Both the position numbers and the translations under genes were made by a program. From the IMG/VR virus record IMGVR_UViG_2740892271_000012: a stretch of 48,408 bases of DNA; one strand, given 5' to 3'. Origin of the DNA: a virus (taxonomy: Duplodnaviria; Heunggongvirae; Uroviricota; Caudoviricetes). The notes beneath the pieces are model-generated. The model was not told the origin of the DNA, ran no database searches, and worked only from the letters and a program-made list of their open reading frames with translations. Every line of letters starts with the position of its first letter. Positions within the stretch are counted from its first letter, which is position 1. Shown in pieces: positions 19,307 through 29,197 of the stretch.

Positions 19307-19407
19307 TTGCATCGTCTCCAGCATATATATCAATTAAGGCTCTGATTGATGTGTCTGAAAGCCTACACATAATAACTATGCCATCCGTTCCGTGCGGAGG
19401 TGAGGCT

Positions 19408-19623
19408 ATGAAATCCATGGACAAAATTTCAACAGGCATTGCCTACGGCACCTCCGCAGGCAGTGCTGGCTACTGGTTTTTACAGTTGCTCGATAGAGTA
19501 ACTCCGTCACAGTGGGCTGCAATCGGTGTGCTGGGTAGTCTGGTATTTGGCCTGCTGACGTACCTGACAAACCTTTATTTCAAGATTAAAGAAGATAAGC
19601 GCAAGGCTGCGAGAGGTGAATAA
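19408..19623 (+). CDS. Phage 21-type pinholin S with dual start (MKSM), 71 aa
   Basis: ORF 19351-19623; ATG at 19408 gives [71 protein letters not shown]. Confidence 0.85.
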   Translation: MKSMDKISTGIAYGTSAGSAGYWFLQLLDRVTPSQWAAIGVLGSLVFGLLTYLTNLYFKIKEDKRKAARGE

Positions 19624-20110
19624 TGCCTCCATCATTACGAAAAGTCGTTGCTGCTGCTATTGGTGGCGGAGCAATTGCTATAGCATCAGTGTTAATCACT
19701 GGCCCAAGTGGTAACGATGGTCTGGAAGGTGTCAGCTACATACCATACAAAGATATTGTTGGTGTATGGACTGTATGTCACGGGCATACAGGAAAAGACA
19801 TCATGNNNNNNNNNNNNNNNNNNNNNNNNNNNNNNNNNNNNNNNNNNNNNNNNNNNNNNNNNNNNNNNNNNNNNNNNNNNNNNNNNNNNNNNNNNNNNNN
19901 NNNNNNNNNNNNNNNNNNNNNNNNNNNNNNNNNNNNNNNNNNNNNNNNNNNNNNNNNNNNNNNNNNNNNNNNNNNNNNNNNNNNNNNNNNNNNNNNNNNN
20001 NNNNNNNNNNNNNNNNNNNNNNNNNNNNNNNNNNNNNNNNNNNNNNNNNNNNNNNNNNNNNNNNNNNNNNNNNNNNNNNNNNNNNNNNNNNNNNNNNNNN
20101 NNNNNNNNNN
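19623..20110 (+). CDS. SAR endolysin (phage 21 R / lysozyme family); 3' part masked by N-run
   Basis: Visible N-terminus [61 protein letters not shown] (Gly/Ala-rich SAR segment); end inferred from expected length. Confidence 0.7.
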
Positions 20111-20134
20111 NNNNNNNNNNNNNNNNNNNNNNNN
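19806..20134. other. N-run (masked or unresolved sequence), 329 nt, across the endolysin 3' end and Rz start
   Basis: Literal n characters in the supplied sequence. Confidence 1.
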
Positions 20135-20575
20135 TCCGCTCTGGTTATCTGCATCATCGTCTGCCTGTCATGGGCTGTTAATCATTACCGTGATAACGCC
20201 ATTACCTACAAAGCCCAGCGCGACAAAAATGCCAGAGAACTGAAGCTGGCGAACGCGGCAATTACTGACATGCAGATGCGTCAGCGTGATGTTGCTGCGC
20301 TCGATGCAAAATACACGAAGGAGTTAGCTGATGCGAAAGCTGAAAATGATGCTCTGCGTGATGATGTTGCCGCTGGTCGTCGTCGGTTGCACATCAAAGC
20401 AGTCTGTCAGTCAGTGCGTGAAGCCACCACCGCCTCCGGCGTGGATAATGCAGCCTCCCCCCGACTGGCAGACACCGCTGAACGGGATTATTTCACCCTC
20501 CGGGAACGACTGGTAATGATGCAGGCCCAACTTGAAGGTGCTCAGCAATACATAACCGAGCAGTGTTTAAAGTAA
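20108..20575 (+). CDS. Rz-like i-spanin; start masked by N-run
   Basis: Visible part [50 protein letters not shown]... in the frame of ORF 19766-20575; start coordinate inferred. Confidence 0.6.
   Translation, partial: XXXXXXXXXSALVICIIVCLSWAVNHYRDNAITYKAQRDKNARELKLANAAITDMQMRQRDVAALDAKYTKELADAKAENDALRDDVAAGRRRLHIKAVCQSVREATTASGVDNAASPRLADTAERDYFTLRERLVMMQAQLEGAQQYITEQCLK
20331..20516 (+). CDS. Rz1-like o-spanin lipoprotein embedded in the +1 frame of Rz
   Basis: ORF track 61 aa [24 protein letters not shown]...[15 protein letters not shown]; lipobox VVGC and proline-rich body. Confidence 0.7.
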   Translation: MRKLKMMLCVMMLPLVVVGCTSKQSVSQCVKPPPPPAWIMQPPPDWQTPLNGIISPSGNDW

Positions 20576-20712
20576 AATCTTAACTACAATATGATTCATT
20601 TTGATGATTGTTTCATAAGGAACAGTGAAGTAAGATCTAAGAGGAGTTAAATTTTATACAGTATAATCATAATATTGCAGCAAGGTGGTTATAATTGAAA
20701 GAATATTTAGAT

Positions 20713-22170
20713 ATGAATACATCTCATGTAAGAGTTGTTACTCATATGTGTGGGTTCCTGGTTTGGCTCTATAGTCTTTCAATGTTGCCACCAATGGTTG
20801 TAGCATTGTTTTATAAAGAAAAAAGCCTGTTCGTTTTCTTTATAACTTTCGTTATATTTTTTTGCATTGGTGGCGGAGCGTGGTATACAACTAAGAAATC
20901 TGGCATTCAATTACGTACCCGTGATGGGTTTATTATAATTGTAATGTTTTGGATTTTGTTTTCTGTTATTAGTGCATTCCCTTTATGGATTGACTCAGAA
21001 CTTAATTTAACGTTCATTGATGCTCTGTTTGAAGGGGTTTCTGGAATAACAACAACAGGAGCAACTGTAATTGATGATGTTAGTTCATTACCTCGGGCAT
21101 ATTTGTACTATCGGTCACAGTTAAATTTTATAGGTGGTTTAGGAGTTATTGTTCTGGCGGTTGCAGTATTGCCATTATTGGGTATTGGTGGTGCAAAGCT
21201 TTATCAGTCAGAAATGCCGGGGCCATTTAAGGATGACAAACTCACTCCCCGCCTGGCCGATACGTCACGGACACTGTGGATAACTTATTCTTTATTAGGT
21301 ATTGCTTGTATTGTCTGTTATAGACTTGCAGGAATGCCTTTGTTTGATGCTATTTGTCACGGGATTTCCACAGTTTCGCTTGGTGGTTTCTCAACTCATA
21401 GCGAGAGTATCGGATATTTTAATAACTATTTGGTTGAGCTGGTGGCTGGTTCTTTTTCCCTGCTATCGGCTTTCAACTTCACTCTTTGGTATATTGTTAT
21501 TAGCAGAAAAACGATAAAACCTTTAATCAGAGATATTGAACTTCGTTTCTTTCTGTTAATAGCCTTAGGGGTGATCATTGTTACCTCTTTCCAGGTCTGG
21601 CATATAGGTATGTATGACTTGCATGGAAGTTTTATTCATTCGTTTTTTCTTGCCAGCTCCATGCTCACTGATAATGGTTTAGCTACGCAGGATTATGCAA
21701 ACTGGCCCACGCACACGATAGTGTTTTTGCTGTTGTCAAGTTTCTTTGGGGGATGTATAGGTTCAACCTGTGGTGGAATTAAGTCACTTCGATTTCTTAT
21801 ACTTTTCAAACAAAGCAAACACGAGATAAATCAGCTTTCTCATCCCAGAGCGTTGTTGAGTGTAAATGTAGGAGGGAAGATAGTTACAGATCGTGTAATG
21901 AGGTCTGTATGGAGTTTCTTTTTTCTTTATACTCTCTTCACGGTGTTTTTTATACTGGTGTTAAATGGTATGGGATATGATTTTCTTACATCATTTGCAA
22001 CAGTGGCTGCATGTATTAATAATATGGGATTAGGTTTTGGGGCTACTGCATCGTCATTCGGAGTGCTTAATGACATTGCAAAATATTTAATGTGCATAGC
22101 TATGATTCTTGGTCGCCTTGAAATTTATCCTGTTATTATATTGTTTTCAGGTTTTTTTTGGCGCTCCTAA
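20713..22170 (+). CDS. trkG: TrkG potassium uptake protein (TrkH family)
   Basis: ORF 20695-22170; ATG at 20713 gives MNTSHVRVVTHMCGFLVWLYSLSMLPPMVVALFYKEK...; multi-pass membrane protein; AT-rich. Confidence 0.9.
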   Translation: MNTSHVRVVTHMCGFLVWLYSLSMLPPMVVALFYKEKSLFVFFITFVIFFCIGGGAWYTTKKSGIQLRTRDGFIIIVMFWILFSVISAFPLWIDSELNLTFIDALFEGVSGITTTGATVIDDVSSLPRAYLYYRSQLNFIGGLGVIVLAVAVLPLLGIGGAKLYQSEMPGPFKDDKLTPRLADTSRTLWITYSLLGIACIVCYRLAGMPLFDAICHGISTVSLGGFSTHSESIGYFNNYLVELVAGSFSLLSAFNFTLWYIVISRKTIKPLIRDIELRFFLLIALGVIIVTSFQVWHIGMYDLHGSFIHSFFLASSMLTDNGLATQDYANWPTHTIVFLLLSSFFGGCIGSTCGGIKSLRFLILFKQSKHEINQLSHPRALLSVNVGGKIVTDRVMRSVWSFFFLYTLFTVFFILVLNGMGYDFLTSFATVAACINNMGLGFGATASSFGVLNDIAKYLMCIAMILGRLEIYPVIILFSGFFWRS

Positions 22171-22307
22171 TATATGGCTGATTTATAATTGTGAGTTTAA
22201 TATTATGTTGACTCACTCATTGATCCAATACCTAACTTTACCAGCAACACCTCCGCCCCCAGTAGCACTGGCTGCTGGGGTGCGTTTTATTCATAAAGCA
22301 AGGCTGT

Positions 22308-23096
22308 ATGAGCGAGAAATTAAAGATAGTCTATCGCCCATTACAAGAATTGTCACCGTATGCGCACAACGCCAGGACGCACAGTACTGAGCAGGTGGCA
22401 CAACTGGTAGAAAGTATTAAGCAATTCGGCTGGACTAATCCGGTGCTGATTGACGAAAAGGGCGAAATTATTGCGGGTCACGGTCGTGTTATGGCGGCTG
22501 AAATGCTCAAAATGGATTCTGTTCCGGTCATTGTTCTGTCTGGCCTGACGGATGAGCAGAAAAAGGCGTACCGCCTGGCAGATAATCGCCTGCCGATGAA
22601 TGCTGGCTGGGATGAAGATCTGTTGCGGATGGAGCTGTCGGACCTAATCAATGCTGATTTTGATGTCTCCCTGACAGGCTTCATCCCGGCAGAAATTGAT
22701 GAACTGTTGACGGATGTTTTGCCCGGTACAGGAAATGAGGAGGAGCCGTATACGACGAAAATTGATACGCCTGTTTATGAGCCGTCAGGCGGTAAACCGG
22801 ATATCAGTGAACTGTACGACGATACGAAAACTCAGGAGCTGATCAGCCGGATACGTTCGGCGTCCCTTGATCCTGATATTGAGAAATTCCTCCTGTGTGC
22901 AGCAGAACGTCACACGGTGTTTAATTTCAGCAGAATTGCGGACTATTACGCTCATGCCCCCGCTGAAATTCAGTGCCTTTTCGAGGAGTCGGCGCTGGTG
23001 ATCATTGATTATCAGCAGGCTATTGAAAATGGATTTGTCCGAATGACGCAGCGCATGGTGGAGATCATGCATGGCGGGGAGGAGGAATATGCGTGA
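22308..23096 (+). CDS. ParB-like nuclease domain protein (intact YnaK/YdaY-like)
   Basis: ORF track 262 aa MSEKLKIVYRPLQELSPYAHNARTHSTEQVAQLVESIKQFGWTNPVLIDEKGEIIAGHGR (ParB N-terminal nuclease-type motif). Confidence 0.75.
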   Translation: MSEKLKIVYRPLQELSPYAHNARTHSTEQVAQLVESIKQFGWTNPVLIDEKGEIIAGHGRVMAAEMLKMDSVPVIVLSGLTDEQKKAYRLADNRLPMNAGWDEDLLRMELSDLINADFDVSLTGFIPAEIDELLTDVLPGTGNEEEPYTTKIDTPVYEPSGGKPDISELYDDTKTQELISRIRSASLDPDIEKFLLCAAERHTVFNFSRIADYYAHAPAEIQCLFEESALVIIDYQQAIENGFVRMTQRMVEIMHGGEEEYA

Positions 23097-24021
23097 TGAT
23101 TTTTGCGCCTTTATTCTGACTCACGGGCGACCGGACAAAGTTCTGACTTACCGGACGTTGCGTCGTGCTGGCTATACCGGGAAAATTTTTATCGTTGTTG
23201 ATGATGAAGATAAGACACGGCATCAGTACATGGCTGAATTTGGTGAACAGGTGCTGGTATTTTCCAAAGCCGATATTGCTAGTCGTTTTGACGAAGCCGA
23301 TAATTTTAGTGACCGCCGCTCAATTTTTTACGCCCGTAATGCCTGTTTCGACCAGGCAAAACTGGTCGGGTGTAAATACTTCATTCAGCTCGATGATGAT
23401 TATCACGAGTTCCAGTTTCGGGTGGATCGCAACTATGACCAGGCCTATTTCCCGATAAGGAAACTGGATGAGATCCTTTCTGAAATGCTTGCGTACTACG
23501 AATCAATACCTGCTCTTTCCATCGCTATGTCGCAGGGCGGGGATTTTCTTGGTGACAATGGCGGCCATGCTTCGTGGGTGAAACGCAAGGCAATGAACAG
23601 CTTTATCTGTTCGGTTGATCGACCGTTCTCATTCATGGGGCGCATTAACGAGGATGTGAATACGTACACGAATCTCGGTCGCTGTGGTGAATTGTTTATG
23701 ACGATCGGTGCTGTCCAGTTAGGGCAGAAACAGACGCAGAAAAACAGCGGCGGAATGACCGAGCTGTATCTGGATTCCGGAACCTACGTTAAAAGTTTTT
23801 ACTCCGTCATGTATGCGCCGTCGTGCGTAAAAATCTCACTTATGGGTGCCAGTCATAAACGCATTCACCATCAGGTCACCTGGAACAACGCTGCAGTAAA
23901 AATCCTTCACGAAAAATACAGGAAGAAGACACCCTGCATATCAATGGGGGTGACAAATGATTCCGTATTCGAAAGTCGAGTCTCTGGCAGCGTGCCGGAT
24001 GACTGCACAACAAATCGCTGA
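23089..24021 (+). CDS. Hypothetical protein with possible GT-A-like features (DxD-like LDDDY)
   Basis: ORF 23071-24021; ATG at 23089 after GGAGGAGG, overlapping previous stop (ATGCGTGA); FILTHGRPDKV...IFIVVDDEDK...IQLDDDYHEF pattern; fold assignment is tentative. Confidence 0.45.
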   Translation: MRDDFCAFILTHGRPDKVLTYRTLRRAGYTGKIFIVVDDEDKTRHQYMAEFGEQVLVFSKADIASRFDEADNFSDRRSIFYARNACFDQAKLVGCKYFIQLDDDYHEFQFRVDRNYDQAYFPIRKLDEILSEMLAYYESIPALSIAMSQGGDFLGDNGGHASWVKRKAMNSFICSVDRPFSFMGRINEDVNTYTNLGRCGELFMTIGAVQLGQKQTQKNSGGMTELYLDSGTYVKSFYSVMYAPSCVKISLMGASHKRIHHQVTWNNAAVKILHEKYRKKTPCISMGVTNDSVFESRVSGSVPDDCTTNR

Positions 24022-24208
24022 CGTTCTGGATGTTGATCTGAACCGACTGAAAGAAAATCGGGAAGCAATGACAGATTTTTATGCGGCCATCCGTAAGGGC
24101 AGAGCGAAAGGTGAAGCCGAGTTACGAGCGGCATTGTTTAAGCTTGCCAGAAAAGGGGATGCCTTTGCTCTGCGCGAACTACTCAGGGTGGATAAAAATC
24201 AGGACTAA
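23957..24208 (+). CDS. Small hypothetical protein (helix-rich, basic)
   Basis: ORF track 83 aa overlapping the 3' end of the previous gene; immediately before the terminase small subunit. Confidence 0.35.
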   Translation: MIPYSKVESLAACRMTAQQIADVLDVDLNRLKENREAMTDFYAAIRKGRAKGEAELRAALFKLARKGDAFALRELLRVDKNQD

Positions 24209-24211
24209 CTG

Positions 24212-25306
24212 ATGAGCAGACCGGACTGGGGGGCGTTGCAGCAGGAGTATATTGCTGAATACACCCGCTCCGGTATATCTCCGGTGGCATGGTGTGAAGC
24301 AAGGGGACTGAATTACGCAACAGCCCGTCGTTACATCAAAAAAACTCCGAAAAATGCGCAGACAGAAATGTGCAAAACTGCGCAAAAAAGTGCGCAGAAA
24401 AAATCTGCGCAGACTGCACAAAAGCGGAACGAAAAATCTCAGGAAAAAAAGCCAGTATTCGATGCGGGCCTGAATGAGGGCGACGCGGAGGAATTTTCGT
24501 TCTGTCCCGATGAATTCGGCATTTCTGACCAGCAGGCTAAGTTTGCGATGCTTGTTGCTCAGGGTAAAAAGCCGACAGAGGCGTACCGACTAGCCGGTTA
24601 TGAGGGGCAAGGTGCGACAGCTAACAGCAACGCCAGTCGTATGCTTAGAAATGCCAGGGTTTTTCGCGCTATCAGCTACTTCCGCAATCAGTACCAGAAA
24701 CGCTATACCGCAGACCTGGATTTACTAGTGAGTCAGTTGATGGCTATTGTCCTGGCCGACCCCAATCAGCTTGCACAATTTCGCCGTGTTAACTGCCGTT
24801 ATTGCTGGGGCGAGAATCATCTCTACCAGTGGCGCGATATAGCAGAATTCGACAAGGCAGCGGCGCAGGCTTCCAGAGATGGCAAACCCGAACCGGAATA
24901 TGGAGGCCTCGGCTTTGTTGATAACGCCATACCCAATCCGGACTGCCCGAAGTGCTGCGGTGAGGGAACGGGACAGCTTTATATGGCTGATACCACTCTG
25001 CTTGATGGGGATGCGCGGCAATTATATGCAGGGGCAAAATTCGGAAAATTCGGCGTTGAGATCCTGCTGGAGGATAAGGCTGCCGCCCGGCGTGAATTGT
25101 TGCGTTTGTTTTCTGCTGGCGGGGCTTTATGTGCAGATAAGCGGCTACGGGAACTGGAAATTGAACGGCGCAGAATGGAAAACCAGAAGCTGCGCAAAGA
25201 GATCGAAACGGTGGAAGATAATGAACATCCCCAGCCTGTGGCGATCAATATTAATGTGGTTGATGCCAGAGTAAGGAGTGATGAAGATGATCTCTCCGAC
25301 GCTTAA
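24212..25306 (+). CDS. Terminase small subunit (N-terminal HTH)
   Basis: ORF track 364 aa; N-terminal GISPVAWCEARGLNYATARRYIKK; Cys-rich central region; directly precedes the terminase large subunit. Confidence 0.6.
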   Translation: MSRPDWGALQQEYIAEYTRSGISPVAWCEARGLNYATARRYIKKTPKNAQTEMCKTAQKSAQKKSAQTAQKRNEKSQEKKPVFDAGLNEGDAEEFSFCPDEFGISDQQAKFAMLVAQGKKPTEAYRLAGYEGQGATANSNASRMLRNARVFRAISYFRNQYQKRYTADLDLLVSQLMAIVLADPNQLAQFRRVNCRYCWGENHLYQWRDIAEFDKAAAQASRDGKPEPEYGGLGFVDNAIPNPDCPKCCGEGTGQLYMADTTLLDGDARQLYAGAKFGKFGVEILLEDKAAARRELLRLFSAGGALCADKRLRELEIERRRMENQKLRKEIETVEDNEHPQPVAININVVDARVRSDEDDLSDA

Positions 25307-26588
25307 TGTGCCTCAGGCGCGATTTCTTTCAATGCCCCATAAATTTAAAGCCTATATTGCTGGTTTTGGCTCGGGCAAAACATGGGTTGGGTGTGGCGGC
25401 ATATGCAAGGGGATTTGGGAGCATCCAGGTATAAATCAGGGATATTTTGCGCCAACGTATCCCCAAATTCGCGATATTTTTTACCCTACAGTGGAAGAAG
25501 TTGCTGCTGACTGGGGATTGAACGTAAAAATTAATGAGGGAAATAAAGAGGTTCACTTTTATTACGGACGCCAGTATCGGGGAACCACTATCTGCAGATC
25601 GATGGAGAAGCCACAAACGATCGTCGGTTTCAAAATTGGTAATGCGTTGGTGGATGAACTGGACATTTTGCCGAAGGAAAAAGCCAGAACGGCGTGGCGC
25701 AAGATAATTGCACGTATGCGTTATAAGATTGATGGACTTCGCAACGGTATTGACGTTACAACCACGCCGGAAGGATTCAAATTTGTCTACGAGCAGTTTG
25801 TTAAAGCCGTGCGTGAAAAAACAGAGCTGGCCTCACTGTATGGTCTGGTGCAGGCATCTACTTTCGATAATGAAAAGAACCTGCCAGCAGATTACATTCC
25901 TTCGCTTCTTGAATCATACCCTCCAGAGCTGATTAAAGCCTATCTTCGAGGACAGTTTACTAACCTGACAAGTGGTACTGTTTACCATCAGTTTGACCGG
26001 AAACTGAATAATTGCGAAGAAGTGGAGCAGCCAGGGGAGCCGATTTATATTGGGATGGATTTTAACGTTGGAAAGATGGCGGGAATCGTCCATGTGCTGC
26101 GTTTGGGGCTTCCATGTGCGGTAACTGAAATCATCAATGCCTACGATACGCCGGATATGATCCGCATCATTAAAGAACGCTTCTGGCTGTATGATGGGAA
26201 TGATTACCGGAAAGTGAGGGAAATTTATATTTATCCAGATGCTTCCGGGGATTCCAGAAAATCAAGTAACGCAAGTACGACGGATATAGCCCAGCTTAAG
26301 CAGGCTGGTTTTAACGTTGTGGTGAACAGCTCGAACCCGCCAGTAAAAGATCGCGTTAACTCAATGAATGCAATGTTCTGCAATGCCAATGGTGAGCGTC
26401 GCTATAAAGTTAATGTGAAGCGTTGCCCGTTATATGCCGAATCTCTGGAGCAACAGGTCTGGGATGAGAAGGGGGAGCCTGATAAAAAATCTGGCAATGA
26501 TCACCCGAATGATGCCGGAGGTTATTTCATCGTTAAGCAATTCCCTATTGTCAAACCGACCGGAAGAGTCACATCACTTCGGATTTAA
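25287..26588 (+). CDS. Terminase large subunit
   Basis: ORF 25278-26588; ATG at 25287 after AAGGAG; Walker A AGFGSGKT; C-terminal nuclease-like acidic residues. Confidence 0.8.
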   Translation: MISPTLNVPQARFLSMPHKFKAYIAGFGSGKTWVGCGGICKGIWEHPGINQGYFAPTYPQIRDIFYPTVEEVAADWGLNVKINEGNKEVHFYYGRQYRGTTICRSMEKPQTIVGFKIGNALVDELDILPKEKARTAWRKIIARMRYKIDGLRNGIDVTTTPEGFKFVYEQFVKAVREKTELASLYGLVQASTFDNEKNLPADYIPSLLESYPPELIKAYLRGQFTNLTSGTVYHQFDRKLNNCEEVEQPGEPIYIGMDFNVGKMAGIVHVLRLGLPCAVTEIINAYDTPDMIRIIKERFWLYDGNDYRKVREIYIYPDASGDSRKSSNASTTDIAQLKQAGFNVVVNSSNPPVKDRVNSMNAMFCNANGERRYKVNVKRCPLYAESLEQQVWDEKGEPDKKSGNDHPNDAGGYFIVKQFPIVKPTGRVTSLRI

Positions 26589-26590
26589 TT

Positions 26591-27997
26591 ATGGCTGATA
26601 TATCAACACCCAACCTCGACTATAACGATATGCTGGAGGCGTGGGATATTAACGACGCACTGATGGGCGGTACGCTTGAAATGCGCAGGCAGGGGGAAAA
26701 TTATCTCCCAAAATGGCCTAACGAAGATGAAGACGCTTATAAAAAACGCCTGTCTGTGGCTACGCTACTTCCTGTGTATGAAGAAAGCATCAAGCAAAAT
26801 ATTGGGCGCATATTTGCAGAGCCGACAGTATTGAGTGAGGAAACGCCGGCAAAAATCAGGGAATATGCAGAAAATATCGACATGGAGGGGAGCCGACTGG
26901 ATGTGTGGGCGCAGCAATTTTTCAGCCTCGCATTTCAGTATGGTGTGGCACATGCGCTGGTGGACTATCCACGAACGGATATGAAAGAGATTCGGACAAA
27001 AGCCGATGAAAACGCGACCGGTGGTCGTCCGTACGTTACGATGCTGAATCCACGCCAGGTTATTGGATGGAAATCGAAAGTTGAAAAAGGGAAAGTTGTT
27101 CTCACTGATTTGCGTATAAAAGAGGTCATCATTATTGATGGTGATGATTTCGGGCAGAAGAAGGTGGAGCAGATCCGCCATATTATGCCCCGTCGAGTTG
27201 AAATTTATCGACGTAGCGAAGGCACTAATGGCGAATCTGTCTGGACGCTTCATGAGTCATGGAATACCAGCCGTGATGATATTCCTCTGGTAACACTGTA
27301 CACGAAGAAAACAGGATTTATGCGTGGTACACCGCCATTGCTTAATCTTGGCTTGCTGAATATCAAGCACTGGCAAAGCCAGAGCGAGCAGGACAATATT
27401 CTTCATGTTGCCCGCGTTCCATTGCTGGTGGCCTACGGGCTGGACAGGAATGAAGAACTGACGGTTGGTGCATCCACCGCTACGATTTTTGAGGACAGAA
27501 CAAAAAATGGCCTCGAATATGTTGAACATAGTGGCGCAGCGATAGAATCTGGCGAAACATCACTTGAGAAGCTGGAAAATCAGATGCGTCATGCCGGCGC
27601 TAAACTTCTGCGTGCTGAAAATACATCCACCAAATCTGTTGATCAGACTAATGAAGAGCGAATGCAGGAAAACTCGCCGCTTTATACAATGGCGAACTCC
27701 CTCGAAGATGCCCTCGATAATATTCTCCAGATAATGGCGGAATGGATCGGAGAGAGTTGCGGTGGCAATGTGGATGTGCGCACTGAACTGGATGTATCTG
27801 CCCAGGTGTTTGACTCATCCTCCGCGCTGGCTGTTCAGTCATTGCGTCAGGGCGGTGATATACGTCAGATTGATGCGGTTCGGGTGTTGCAGGCGTTGAA
27901 ATTTATCGATCAGGATTCCCGTCCAGAGGAAGTGATCGATGAATTAAAAAATCAGAGTGTAATGCTGATGGAAATCAATGATGCAAACCGTGAATGA
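26591..27997 (+). CDS. Portal protein (putative)
   Basis: ORF track 468 aa immediately after the terminase large subunit; size and position typical. Confidence 0.65.
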   Translation: MADISTPNLDYNDMLEAWDINDALMGGTLEMRRQGENYLPKWPNEDEDAYKKRLSVATLLPVYEESIKQNIGRIFAEPTVLSEETPAKIREYAENIDMEGSRLDVWAQQFFSLAFQYGVAHALVDYPRTDMKEIRTKADENATGGRPYVTMLNPRQVIGWKSKVEKGKVVLTDLRIKEVIIIDGDDFGQKKVEQIRHIMPRRVEIYRRSEGTNGESVWTLHESWNTSRDDIPLVTLYTKKTGFMRGTPPLLNLGLLNIKHWQSQSEQDNILHVARVPLLVAYGLDRNEELTVGASTATIFEDRTKNGLEYVEHSGAAIESGETSLEKLENQMRHAGAKLLRAENTSTKSVDQTNEERMQENSPLYTMANSLEDALDNILQIMAEWIGESCGGNVDVRTELDVSAQVFDSSSALAVQSLRQGGDIRQIDAVRVLQALKFIDQDSRPEEVIDELKNQSVMLMEINDANRE

Positions 27998-29093
27998 ACG
28001 GCTGCGTGATGAATCAATTGCTCATGCAGTCTGGATATCCCGCTATAGCACTGGCGTGGCTGCCAGAATGGTGAAAATACTGAATGACAGCGATGCGGAA
28101 CTTACTGCTCGCCTGCTGATAGCACTGGACAGCCTCGATCCAGGTAGTTTTACCGTTAAGCGCCTGGAGTCACTTCTGGCGAGCGTCAGAGAGGTTAACC
28201 GCACTGCTATTAACAGCATGTTTACCAGTCTCTCCGGAGAGCTGAACGAGCTGGCAATTTATGAGGCTGGTTATCAGTTAAGTCTGTTTGATTCTATGCT
28301 ACCTGATTTTGTTGCTGATGTTCACCCTCTGGTTGGTATCTCTCCTGATGCACTTTATGCCGCTGCAATGGCGCGACCATTCCAGGGACGACTGCTCAGT
28401 GAGTGGGCCTCAGATCTTGAGGCGGATCGGCTCAGACGCATAACAAATACAGTGCGTCAGGGTTTTTTGCTGGGGGATACCAATGAGCAGATCGCAAGAA
28501 AAATTCGGGGACATGTCAGTAAGGGATTTCAGGATGGTGCATTGCAGATGAGCCGGGCTAATGCGGCCAGCATTGCAAAAACAGCGGTTGGACATCTTGC
28601 TGCTACTGCCCGTGAGAGTTTTGCCAGCGCGAATAATGATTTGATTAAGGGTAAGCAATGGTTATCAACGCTTGATAATCGTACTACGCCACAATGTCGA
28701 ATCAGGGATCGCCTCAAATATACGCTGAATAATAAACCTGTAGGTCACAGCGTGCCTTATTTGCAGGGGCCGGGAAAAATTCATTTCTGCTGCCGCTCAA
28801 CGGAAACGTTCATTCTGAAATCAGCGAAGGAACTGGGTATTGATGTTCGCGATATTTCCCCGGCTGAGCGGGCCAGCATGGATGGCGTGGTGGCCGGAGA
28901 TACAACCTACAGGGAATGGTTTTTGCGTCAGCCTTACACCAGACAAAAACAGATTGTGGGGGAAAGCCGAGCAAAGCTGATTCGGGATGGTGGTATGTCG
29001 CCAGATGAATTTTACACCGATAAAGGCGAATGGCTGACGCTGAAGCAGCTCCGTGAGCGTGATGCACAGGTATTCAGAAAAGCAGGGATTTAA
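27978..29093 (+). CDS. Head morphogenesis protein (Mu F / SPP1 gp7-like)
   Basis: ORF track 371 aa; region WLSTLDNRTTPQCRIRDRLKY typical of the MuF-like family. Confidence 0.75.
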   Translation: MMQTVNERLRDESIAHAVWISRYSTGVAARMVKILNDSDAELTARLLIALDSLDPGSFTVKRLESLLASVREVNRTAINSMFTSLSGELNELAIYEAGYQLSLFDSMLPDFVADVHPLVGISPDALYAAAMARPFQGRLLSEWASDLEADRLRRITNTVRQGFLLGDTNEQIARKIRGHVSKGFQDGALQMSRANAASIAKTAVGHLAATARESFASANNDLIKGKQWLSTLDNRTTPQCRIRDRLKYTLNNKPVGHSVPYLQGPGKIHFCCRSTETFILKSAKELGIDVRDISPAERASMDGVVAGDTTYREWFLRQPYTRQKQIVGESRAKLIRDGGMSPDEFYTDKGEWLTLKQLRERDAQVFRKAGI

Positions 29094-29112
29094 ATAAATC
29101 ATTTATTACAAC

Positions 29113-29138
29113 AGGCTACCTTCGGGTGGCCTTTTTTA
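29113..29138 (+). terminator. Terminator-like hairpin before the scaffold gene
   Basis: Seen in sequence: aggctacc ttcg ggtggcct tttttt (one G-U pair). Confidence 0.4.
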
Positions 29139-29197
29139 TTGCTGCGATCCGGATGGTGAGCAGCGTAACTGTCGGAAGACTTAAACCAGGTACTAAT

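Noticed and set aside
17138-19407. Search for tRNA genes or stx-like toxin genes in the Q-S region
   Set aside because: No cloverleaf-compatible sequence with a GTTCGA-type T-loop was seen, and the two ORFs here are TolA-like lipoproteins, not AB5 toxin subunits
19708-20181. ORFs composed mostly of X residues spanning the N-run
   Set aside because: Artefacts of translating masked sequence
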